Shown: piece after piece, positions 34,791 through 45,064 of the stretch
How positions within the stretch are numbered: the first letter of the stretch is position 1
Layout: each line of letters begins with the position of its first letter
NCBI RefSeq assembly: GCF_001194135.2
Contig: NC_068994.1
Location: forward strand, 10,417,167 to 10,462,230
Origin: Octopus bimaculoides
Taxonomy: Eukaryota
Direction: 5' to 3'
Length of the DNA: 45,064 nt
Made by a program: the position numbers and the translations under genes
Notes under the pieces: generated by a model
Databases searched by the model: none
Told to the model about the DNA's origin: nothing
Seen by the model: the letters and a program-made list of their open reading frames with translations, nothing else

Positions 34791-36872
34791 TTTCATTTTG
34801 TTCGTAAGAGAGGCCTTGGCTCAATAAATTAATGTTTTAGAACGACATAAGCTATAGAGAAGTGAGATATTAGTTAATTTTTTTCAATTAGATAGAAGGG
34901 AAGAGTTTTGCGCGTTTGAACCAGTCATTTATCCTCTATTTATACTAACTACGGAGGCAGCAAAGGTTTTTCTGCAACTATAATTCACCTTAATGCTATT
35001 TTTATTAAATTGCATCTATAATATCTATGGTTTGCAGCGATATATTTATATATACGGTTTAGAAAAAAATTAAGCTAATATTAGAAGGAACATCAAAAGG
35101 CAGCGAGTTGGCAGAATCGCTTGGAAAAATGTTTAGCAGTTTCTTCCGACCTTACACGTTCTGAGTTCAAATGCCGCCGTGGTCGACTTTGCTGTCATCC
35201 TCTCGGGATCAATAAAGTAAGTACATTGATGTAGCTGTAATCTCCCCCAAAATTGCTGGCCTGTAGCCAATATTAGAAGGAACACCAAAAGGCAGCGAGC
35301 TGACAGAATCTTAAGCATGCCGAACAAAATACTGAGCGGTATTTCGTCCATTTTTATGTTCTGAGTTCAAATTCCACTGAGGTCGATTTTGCCTTTCATC
35401 TTTTCTGGGTTGATAAAATAAATACCAGCTGAGCACCGAAGTCAATGTAATTTGAAACCAATGTTAGAAGGAACATTGAAACTATAAGGTTGATTATATC
35501 AATTAATGCTTCTTTTCCGGTGTTTGAGTTTTTTTAAGTATAAATGTCTTTCTGTATGTAACGTATTTTGTCTTTCAAGTCGCTGTTTTTAATGTGTTAA
35601 TGCTAATAATGAGTATCACGGTTAAAGAGTTAATCGTCAAATGATAATCAAGATACGAGGTTACCAATATTATTAACTGAATTTCTAATCATTATAAGCA
35701 GATGGTTGGAATTTAAATTAATATGCTGTCATTCTTCATTAGTTTTACTACACGGAAAGTAACTACCAGTCTTTAATTCTGAGAAGTTGTCTATACTTAG
35801 AATCGTACGTACTGTGATTTTTAAATCTAATTATTTCTGTATGTTAACTCCTTTCTAACAGTATCCTTGTATGACTATTCATACTTTGCAAAACGAACAC
35901 TTCATTATCACACCGAAAACTACGTAGCAGGATTTCTTCTAAAGTAAGTTTAAACTATACGTTCCTAAGGACCGGCAAACCTGCGCTCCATCATACGATT
36001 CCATGACTACATCAGACAATTCCTGGCAGTTACGTTTTTAATTCTCCACCATTAAAATCGTCGCAAAATTGCAAAAATTTGCAGGCACGTATAATAATAT
36101 TAGCGTTAGATGAATTATAGTCACACAAAACTATGAACTGGAAAGAAATCTTTTTTTCTGAATTCTATGGCTTTCGAGAAAGAATTGGTTTTAGACAGAG
36201 AAAGCTTACAAAGGTGGGTTCTTATTATTTAAATTTAGACACGTCTATGAATATTTATTGAAGTCTTGCCAAATTGTTCAAACTGTTCATTTACTCATAA
36301 TGGAATGAACCTATTCCAAAAGACGTTCTCAAGCATTAAGTTTTTAATTAGCATTGAAACTACAAACGATAGAATTTTTGATTATGTCTGAGTTTCGAAT
36401 ACGCAACATGAAAGTTTATTTCGAATCACCAAGCAAAGACATCTGCGTGAATGCCCGCTAGGGACAACAGCTAAATATCCCACAATTCTCATTCTACTAC
36501 CTTTAGGAAGGACATATTCTAGTATGTAGTCAAATGTGTGTGTGTGTGCATTATATATATATATATATATTCTATATCCCACATTAATTTTATAAGAATA
36601 TAAATAAAACATAAAAAACAGACAGAGTTGGAATTCTTTTGAATTATATATATNNNNNNNNNNNNNNNNNNNNNNNNNNNNNNNNNNNNNNNNNNNNNNN
36701 NNNNNNNNNNNNNNNNNNNNNNNNNNNNNNNNNNNNNNNNNNNNNNNNNNNNNNNNNNNNNNNNNNNNNNNNNNATATATATGGTTCAAATGTACGGAAA
36801 ACAAAAGAGAAAGACCGGTGAAGGAACAACAAGCAGATGTATTTGTTTAACGCTTGGGAAGAATAGAAAAGT

Positions 36873-36908
36873 CTTTGACGTTTCGAGCCTACGCTCTTCG
36901 ACAGAAAG
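36873..36908 (-). ncRNA. Minimal type I hammerhead-like motif
   Basis: CUUU-CUGUCGA-A-GAGC-GUAG-GCUC-GAAA-CG-UC-AAAG. 4-bp stems I and II, palindromic ACGU stem III, GUC site. Variants are A6U and an extra A after A9. Confidence 0.6.
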
Positions 36909-37591
36909 GGATGAGAGGAAAAGAAATGGAGACAGAAAGAAGAAAACGGTTCCGAGTTCAGTCTCATTTCATGGGAACTTGGGCTAGTATCTTCTGTGAA
37001 GCCTTGTGAGTGGATTTGCTAGACGGAAGCTGAAAGAAGCCCGTCGTATGTGTGTGCGCGTGTGCTTATGTTTTGTAAGTGTGTGTATGGATATGTTTGT
37101 GTGTGTATGTGTGTGTAAAGTGTATATCGTCATTATAATGAATAGCAGAAAACCACCCAGAGGGCAATACCGCCACCTCTATGTCTGTCTGTCTCTCTCT
37201 CTCTACTACTACTACTACTACTACTACTACGACTACTACTGGTATGTATAATATATCTAAACTCACATTTTACGTCAAAGGTGTATTGAAAAAATAAAAG
37301 AAAAACAAAAACAATCAGCAAGTTTTGCCAGTCTCCATGTTTCGTTTAAATATTTCATTTCACAGAATGGTAATTACACATAAATAAGTAATGAAGCGTT
37401 ACAGCTTAATAATTTGCATTGGAAAGTTTGACGCAAATTTTAACTGGATTGTAAGTGAATTATTTACGTGCTTGCAGCTTGCATAATAATAATTTATTAA
37501 AACTGTTGCAGTCGAGGCTGTCTGGTTAAGAAGCTTGCTTTCCAACGACGTGGTTTTCGGTTCAGTTCCACTGCGTGGCACATTGGGCAAA

Positions 37592-37619
<28 letters not shown>

Positions 37620-37640
<21 letters not shown>

Positions 37641-37880
37641 TTATGTTTGACTTTTGTTTTGCATTTGTACAAGTTGGATCCAAGTCTCACCCAGAGACCT
37701 CAAGAGACAACAAGTTAGAAGTTCATGTAGGTGTTATGCCTAGGGTACCATATATTTGGATTTGTACAGTTTTGTTCTAGTGAATATTTAAGAAACCATA
37801 AGAAAATTATGTGTTTGCTTTAATTTTCTTATGGTTTCTTAAACATTCACTAGAACAAAACTGTACAAATCCAAATATAT
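37620..37880 (-). mobile_element. LINE 3' end with (AAT)n tail whose 5'-most 60 bp are duplicated in inverted orientation
   Basis: Arms 37750-37809 and 37821-37880 are 59/60 complementary with an 11-nt spacer. TAT runs lie on both sides. Confidence 0.75.
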
Positions 37881-37884
37881 TATT

Positions 37885-37920
<36 letters not shown>

Positions 37921-39058
37921 NNNNNNNNNNNNNNNNNNNNNNNNNNNNNNNNNNNNNNNNNNNNNNNNNNNNNNNNNNNNNNNNNNNNNNNNNNNNNNNN
38001 NNNNNNNNNNNNNNNNNNNNNNNNNNNNNNNNNNNNNNNNNNNNNNNNNNNNNNNNNNNNNNNNNNNNNNNNNNNNNNNNNNNNNNNNNNNNNNNNNNNN
38101 NNNNNNNNNNNNNNNNNNNNNNNNNNNNNNNNNNNNNNNNNNNNNNNNNNNNNNNNNNNNNNNNNNNNNNNNNNNNNNNNNNNNNNNNNNNNNNNNNNNN
38201 NNNNNNNNNNNNNNNNNNNNNNNNNNNNNNNNNNNNNNNNNNNNNNNNNNNNNNNNNNNNNNNNNNNNNNNNNNNNNNNNNNNNNNNNNNNNNNNNNNNN
38301 NNNNNNNNNNNNNNNNNNNNNNNNNNNNNNNNNNNNNNNNNNNNNNNNNNNNNNNNNNNNNNNNNNNNNNNNNNNNNNNNNNNNNNNNNNNNNNNNNNNN
38401 NNNNNNNNNNNNNNNNNNNNNNNNNNNNNNNNNNNNNNNNNNNNNNNNNNNNNNNNNNNNNNNNNNNNNNNNNNNNNNNNNNNNNNNNNNNNNNNNNNNN
38501 NNNNNNNNNNNNNNNNNNNNNNNNNNNNNNNNNNNNNNNNNNNNNNNNNNNNNNNNNNNNNNNNNNNNNNNNNNNNNNNNNNNNNNNNNNNNNNNNGATG
38601 GCAGAACGTTAGCACGCCGGACGAAATGCTTAGCGGTATTTCGTCTCTGCCGTCACGTTCTGAGTTCAAATTCCGACGAGGTCGACTTTGCCTTTCATTC
38701 TTTCGGGGTCGATAAATTAAGTACCAGTTGCGTACTGGTGTCGATCTAATCGACTGGCCGCCTCTCCAGAAATTTCGGGCCTTGTGCCTAGAGTAGAAAA
38801 GAATCGTTAGCTCGCCGGGCGAAATGCTTGGCAGCATTTCGTCCGCCTTTACGTTCTGAGTTCAAATCCTATCCAAGTCGACTTTGCCTTTCATCCTTTC
38901 GGGGTCGATGAAATAAGAGCTAGTTGAACACTGGGGTCGATGTAATCGATTAAACCCGTTACCCTAAAGTCAAAATTAGAAACCAATATTTTATATATAG
39001 TCATGATAGATTGTTGACCAAACACCATTCAATTTTTTTTAATTTTTTTTCTCCGTAT

Positions 39059-39092
39059 TCTTTCTGAAGAGCGTAGCTCGAAACGTTAAAGA
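39059..39092 (+). ncRNA. Degenerate copy of the 36873 hammerhead-like motif
   Basis: UCUUU-CUG-AAGAGCGUAGCUC-GAAA-CG-UU-AAAGA. There is a 3-nt deletion in the core relative to 36873, and a 5-bp stem I. Confidence 0.45.
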
Positions 39093-39249
39093 CTTTNNNN
39101 NNNNNNNNNNNNNNNNNNNNNNNNNNNNNNNNNNNNNNNNNNNNNNNNNNNNNNNNNNNNNNNNNNNNNNNNNNNNNNNNNNNNNNNNNNNNNNNNAGAC
39201 ACTTCATTTCACGTTGCTCCAGTTCACTCAGTTTGCAAAAATGAGTAGT

Positions 39250-39815
39250 ACCTGTATTTCACAGGACCAGCCTTGTCACACTCTGTGTCACGCCGAATCT
39301 CCCTGAGAACTACGTTAGGGGTACACGTGTCTGTGGAATGCTCAGCCTCTTGCATGTTAATTTCACGAGCAGGCTGTTCTGTTGATCGTATCAGCTGGGA
39401 CCTTCGTCGTCGTAACCGACGGAGTACTGCTTACTGGTGGCGCAATGGTTCAGTGGTTAGGGCAGCGGACTCGCGGCCATAGGTTCGCGGTTTCGATTCC
39501 CAGACCGGGCGTTGTGAGTGTTTATTGAGCGAAAACACATAAAAGCTCCACGAGGCTCCAGCAGGGGATGGTGGCGAACCCTGCTGTACTCTTTCACCAC
39601 AACTTTCTCTCACACTTTTTTCCTGTTTCTGTTGTCCCTGTATTTTAAAGAGCCAGCTTTGTTACCCTTTGTGCCACGCTGAATCTCCCCGAGAATTACG
39701 TTAAGGGTACACGTGTCTGTGGAGTGCTCAGCCACTTGCACGTTAATTTCACTAGTAGGCAGTTCCGTTGATTGGTTCAACTGGAACCCTTGTCGTCGTA
39801 ACCGACGGAGTACAC
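39250..39815 (+). mobile_element. SINE family A: 3' half (39250-39427) followed head-to-tail by a full copy (39436-39815)
   Basis: Colinear with 9663-10041. Confidence 0.9.
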
Positions 39816-39852
39816 CTTACATATATACATATATATATATATGTGCATATAT

Positions 39853-39904
<52 letters not shown>

Positions 39905-40747
39905 ATATGTGTGTTTGTGCATGTGTATTATTTTGTGCGTGTGTTTGTTCCCCCTACGCTTGTTCCCGTAACATAACGGTTCGACAAAAGATATTTTACA
40001 AGTATATTTTGTGGAAAAACAAAGTTAATATACTTTTATGGTTCCGGGTTCAGTCCCACTGCGTGGTATCTTGGGCAAGTATCTTTTACTATAGCCTCGG
40101 GTCGACCAAAGCCTTTTGAGAAGATTTGGTAGACGGAAACTGAAAAAAACATTTCCCCGTAAAGTAGCGGTTCGGTAAAAGATGGCGGTTCATTTAATTT
40201 TAATCTACGAGGCAGTCCTTAATTTAATTACTTTCCATAGGTAAGCTCTATGGTATATTTGACATAAAGAATACATTAATGTGAAATCGAACCACCTTTG
40301 ATATTCATTTCGAAATTTCTATGAAATGTGTGACTAATGTGAATCTGAACACTCGACCTCGCAGCTTACAACCTTATAAATCAATCATCAACTCTCAGTT
40401 TAATTTTCCAGCGGTCAAGCGGTATATCAACGTCAATAACCTCTCCTCCACCCATTCCCCACCAACCGCTGCTAGGAAAAGCGAGATTTGCTTTCTTTGT
40501 CTTTCATTTGTTTTGCTCTCCTCTCTTCTTCCACCAGCTATCTACTGCTTCCACACATTTTGATCACATATTTTGGACAACAGTTCACTTGTACCGCACA
40601 TCGCATCCAGGCTGATGATCGGAAACATCAGCTTCGAATAACCAGATGTGATGTATCAGCTGCAATAAGCATCAGCACCTCTCACATATCGGTATTGAGT
40701 ACAGATTTCAACTCCTCACCTGTATTTACGTATACTATACATACATA

Positions 40748-41123
40748 GTGAAGGCGCAATGGCCCAGTGGTTAGGGCAGCGGTCTCGCGGTCAAAGGATC
40801 GCGGTTTCGATTCCCAAACCGGGCGTTGTGAGTGTTTATTGAGCGAAAACACCTAAAAGCTCCACGAGGCTCCGTCAGGGGATGGTGGCGAACCCTGCTG
40901 TACTCTTTCACCACAACTTTCTCTCACTATTACTTCCTGTTTCTGTTGTGCCTGTAATTCAAAGGGTCAGCCTTGTCACACCGTGTCACGCTGAATATCC
41001 CCGAGAACTACGTTAAGAGTACACGTGTCTGTGGAGTGCTTAGCCATTTGCACGTTAATTTCACGAGCAGGCTGTTCAACTGGAACCCTCGACGTCGTAA
41101 CCGACGGAGTGCCAACAACAACA
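40748..41123 (+). mobile_element. SINE family A, full length, CAA tail followed by (CATA)n
   Basis: Colinear with 9663-10041. Confidence 0.92.
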
Positions 41124-41319
41124 ATACATACATACATACATACATACATACATACATACATACATACATGCATACATACATGATCGCTTCATCTTGACAG
41201 ATGATAGCTGTCTCAATCAATCTATATTACCCCGACAATCGTTATTACGTCTGTGTGCTCTGTCTGAGCTATCGCCAAGGGACTTTTCTGAAAAGACAAG
41301 ATGTACCTGACTGTTACCA

Positions 41320-41788
41320 GATGGTTACTCAGTGGTATTTGGTGGACTTCTGGATTTTTAATTTGTTGTCGATGCACACGCGAGCGTTCTGATAGTGCAT
41401 TACCTGTCTGGCCAACGTAGAGTTCTTCACAATTTGGGCATTTGATGCAGTACATTAAATTTCTGCTTTTGCAGTTCATGTTCGCGTTTGTGAATATTTT
41501 CCCTGTTTTTATGTTCATATATGGGCCGGTATAAATTAATTGGCATGTACCGCATCGGCTATCATTGCATTTAGACACAGTGAATGGTTAATCTTTGTTG
41601 CTAAGGTCAAACTTTGCCCTTGTTAAAAACTTTTTCTGTCTCTTACTGAGAGTTATAGTTTCCAGATTATGAAGCAATCGTCGAGGTATCTCTTCCATGT
41701 TTTTTTTCAAAGTACTTCCTAAATTCAGTGCTGTATCTCTCCTCTATTTCTTGGTAGAGTTTTTGTTCTAAGTATCCCATCACCAAGT
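41320..41788 (-). mobile_element. Penelope-like element, internally deleted RT + GIY-YIG relic
   Basis: RT core LVMGYLEQKLYQEIEERYSTEFRKYFEK(fs)WKRYLDDCFIIWK is joined directly to FLTRAKF...SKCNDSRCGTC...NLMYCIKCPNCEELYVGQTGNALSERSRVHRQQIKNP, which is the Cys linker plus GIY-YIG. Confidence 0.9.
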
Positions 41789-41944
41789 NNNNNNNNNNNN
41801 NNNNNNNNNNNNNNNNNNNNNNNNNNNNNNNNNNNNNNNNNNNNNNNNNNNNNNNNNNNNNNNNNNNNNNNNNNNNNNNNNNNNNNNNNNNNNNNNNNNN
41901 NNNNNNNNNNNNNNNNNNNNNNNNNNNNNNNNNNNNNNNNNNNT

Positions 41945-41985
41945 ATATATATATACATACATTGATATATCTATATATAATACAG

Positions 41986-42018
<33 letters not shown>

Positions 42019-42174
42019 CAGATAGATAGATATACATACATATATATACACACACACATAAATATACATATGTACATACATACATACATACATACGTATA
42101 CACACATACAGAATCATACGAAAACAGTGCTATACACACACCTATACAGACCAACAGACAGCTAGCTAGCTAGC

Positions 42175-42239
<65 letters not shown>

Positions 42240-42287
42240 TGATTGATAGAAAAACAGACGACAGACAGAAAGGCAGACGACAGATAC

Positions 42288-42345
<58 letters not shown>

Positions 42346-43167
42346 GGATAGAGATGGGTAGTAACAGAGAGGAAACAAAGAAAGAGAGACAGAGAGGGGT
42401 GGAAGAGGTGGAGAGAGATAGTAAGAACAGTGTAATTCATTGTTCGCATACAATAGTTACCGTCGGTTATTGATTTAGCGTGCTCCAATCTCTTTAATGC
42501 TTTCTTGAACTCACTATGTTCTTTACTAAATCTGTGTCACTGACTGTACAGCAATGGCCGTACTGTGTGGTATGGAGCTGCGTCAGAGACAATGGAAGAA
42601 GACAGAGAGGGATAGCAGAGAGAGACAAAGAAACAGTGAAGAAGACAGAGAGATAGCGAGAGAGAGAAGAGGGGATTTAAAAGAATTAACCTCAATACCC
42701 ACTGTTAATCCGGGATTTTTATCATGTATTTATATGATATGTATCAACACACGATTAGTGTTACATAAGAAGATACTATTTATGGATATATTGCTGTTGT
42801 TGCTGCAACTGTTGATGTTATTGTTGTTGTTTGACAACCGCATGAACTCCGACGGAACGCGTCTAAGTTTAAAGTGTCCGTAACCATTCTTGCGTGTTTA
42901 GCGGTTTGTAGAAGTCCATCGTCTAACTTGGGAAAAGCGTTTTATATACTTTGCTTCACGTGGATATATTGTAGAAAGCCGCAAAGCTGCAGTGTTCAAC
43001 TCGAGAAAGCTTCTCGTGTAGGATGTATAGTGCTAAAAGGAACAGAAGTGTATCGGTAGAAGACGGAAAGCGTCTAGCAACGGTGATGGAATTGCTGATG
43101 GTGGTGGTGGTGGTGGTTAGGACGATGGTGGGAAAGAGGATGTTGCTGCTGCAGATGGTGGTGGTGG

Positions 43168-43210
<43 letters not shown>

Positions 43211-43394
43211 CGTTGTGGTGGTCCTGTTGATAGGGACACCGGCTTCGATGGTTTCGGTCGTGCAGAGTCAGGATACCGATGGAGTTAGTGATAGTGATGA
43301 TGATGATGATGACGATGATGGTGATGACAAGATACCGATGAAGTTAGTGATGGTGATGACGATGACGATGACTGTGACAGTGATGATGACGACG

Positions 43395-43425
<31 letters not shown>

Positions 43426-43620
43426 TAAAGAAGAGGGGGACAATGATGATAATAGCGATGATGGTGATGATGATAATGATGTTGATGATAATGATTATGG
43501 TGATGATGACAATATCGATGAGAATGGTGATGATGAGGATATTGATGAGAACGGTAATGATGAAGATAATGGCGATGATAATGATGATGGTTATGATAGA
43601 GATCACGGACCTGATAGCGA
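41945..43620. repeat. (GATA)n, (GA)n and (GAT)n/(GGT)n/(GAC)n microsatellite fields
   Basis: Visible directly in the sequence. Confidence 0.95.
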
Positions 43621-43937
43621 TAGTTATTTAACGAGGACGATCATCAAAGCTGACATATCGATCTGCTAACTTTGACAAAAGGCTATCAAAGTTTACAAAA
43701 GAGTTAATATGATCGATTGAATTGACCCCCACCCCAAACCAACACCCACCCCAGTGCTTGATTAGCTCTTTTATCATATCGACCGAAGGTGGATGAAAGA
43801 CAAAGTCGACCTCGGTGGGATTTCACAGAACATAATGGAACCTAACTGAAAAATACGAGGCATTTCATCCAGCTTTTAACATCCAATAATAATAATAATA
43901 ATAATAATAATAATCCTCTTAGTCCCTTGTGGAGCAT

Positions 43938-44175
43938 AAGGCCAGTTTCCTGGTTTCCATGGCATATGTGTTCCCCCCTAGCTGAACGGGTCGTCAGTTC
44001 ATCGCGGCTTTTTACTCAAGAAACAGGAAGAAAGAGTGAGAGAAAATTGGGGCGAAAGAGTACAACAGGGGTGTTTTCGCTCAATAAACACACACAACGC
44101 CCGATCTGGGAATCGAAACCGCGGTCCTCCGACCGCGAGTCCACTGCCCTAACCACTGGGCCATTGCGCCTCCAC
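43938..44175 (-). mobile_element. SINE family B, internally deleted
   Basis: Reverse strand has the intact family-A head (A and B boxes), a deletion in the body, and a V-like tail as at 29942. Confidence 0.85.
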
Positions 44176-44405
44176 AATAATAATAGTAATAGTAATAATA
44201 AATGCCCTGATGAAGTTCCAGGCAGTGGCTCTCATGGCATCTGATCTTAGCTGATTGAAAGTGTTACCATGTAGATGTTTTGTCTTGGTATAAAAGATGG
44301 GCTACAGCAAATATTCTGCTCAATACCACAGATCTGCTTGTCGGTTGCTTGACCTTAACCAGTTGAGGATGTCCCTCAGTGGCTGACGATATGTGCATCT
44401 CTGAT
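44176..44405 (-). mobile_element. Retroposon 3' end with (TAT)n tail
   Basis: Tail repeat abuts a unique-looking body. Family not assigned. Confidence 0.45.
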
Positions 44406-44410
44406 TTTGC

Positions 44411-44712
44411 TTAACCCATTACCTCCCATAATTCTATTAACTGGAATTTTTTTTTTAGGAAACTTTGATTTCTAGCATAAAACAGCCTTCGAAACACGCT
44501 GGATTGATCAAAATAACATTTCAAAATAACATTTTAAATAGAAATAAGCGAGATATTAGGTGAAAAATTAGCAAACCTTATTTGAATATCAGAGAAATAT
44601 ACTTAGTAGATATAGCAAAAAGGTTAGATATGTGTAAATATTGACAGATAATTACGAAATTTGTAATTTTTAAGTGGATTTCATATGAGATCACTGGTAG
44701 GTAATGGGTTGA
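44411..44712. mobile_element. piggyBac-type MITE (294 bp)
   Basis: TTAA-CCCATTACCT (44411-44424) ... AGGTAATGGG-TTGA (44699-44712): a 10-bp perfect TIR starting CCC, with TTAA/TTGA flanks. Confidence 0.7.
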
Positions 44713-45064
44713 GGGTAAAGTCACTTAGACTTTTAGTGCAGCTGAACCTTCGTCGTTGAACGACGGAGAGCCATCCATCCATCCATCGAGTTCAATTAGC
44801 CGAACAACTAGAATAGTCATTATCAAAACCTTTTAATAGTATTCATACAAATTATAAATATAGAACAGAAATGAAAGAAAGCTTCAATAATGGAAATACA
44901 AATAAAAGAGAATATGTTATCAGCATTTTTTTTTTGGCATTAAACAAGATGGGGTTTAGTGAGAAAGGGTGGGTGGAGTGGAATCAATATTTCGTTATAT
45001 TACAACTGACTTCTGAGATCAAACGCAAGCTGGTTTCACTTGCACTTCATTCGGCTGAAATCAC

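Noticed and set aside
40611-40632. CUGAUGA...GAAA hammerhead-like string
   Set aside because: Only 3 nt separate the core halves (no stem II) and there is no stem III. It is a simple 7-bp hairpin, GCUGAUG/CAUCAGC.
40490-40748. Candidate exon after a strong polypyrimidine tract and CAG at 40537
   Set aside because: The open frame has no recognisable homology, there is no convincing donor site and no other exons support it. RNA-seq would be needed.
43023-43631. 202-aa Met/Val/Asp-rich ORF
   Set aside because: It derives from (GAT)n/(GGT)n microsatellite.
44200-44230. CTGATGAAG motif (also 33369 and the reverse of 15005)
   Set aside because: No downstream stem II/GAAA arrangement.

Overview
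Repeat-dense, gap-rich animal genomic DNA. It is most likely an octopus/coleoid cephalopod draft scaffold, inferred from the SINE families and microsatellite load. I found no intact host protein-coding gene, rRNA, true tRNA or CRISPR array, and almost all long ORFs in the track come from microsatellites or N gaps. Four things stand out. (1) At 30-579 (-) there is a decayed endogenous parvoviral (densovirus-like) NS1 SF3-helicase gene. It abuts a Gypsy gag fragment across a SINE, and the gag and helicase frames join in register through a repeated AATCTTG. (2) At 25.86-26.65 kb there are three tandem ~277-nt units, each carrying a minus-strand hammerhead-ribozyme core (retrozyme / Penelope pseudo-LTR-like). 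(3) Four more isolated hammerhead-like motifs occur, two of them at or near Penelope relics. (4) A 112-bp non-coding element is present twice, 16 kb apart, with 110/112 identity inside diverged flanks. The rest is a hAT transposase relic, Penelope and R4/Dong-like LINE fragments, several modular tRNA-derived SINE families, piggyBac-type MITEs, inverted repeats and simple repeats. All family assignments come from manual motif recognition, not database searches. Coordinates of degenerate elements are approximate.
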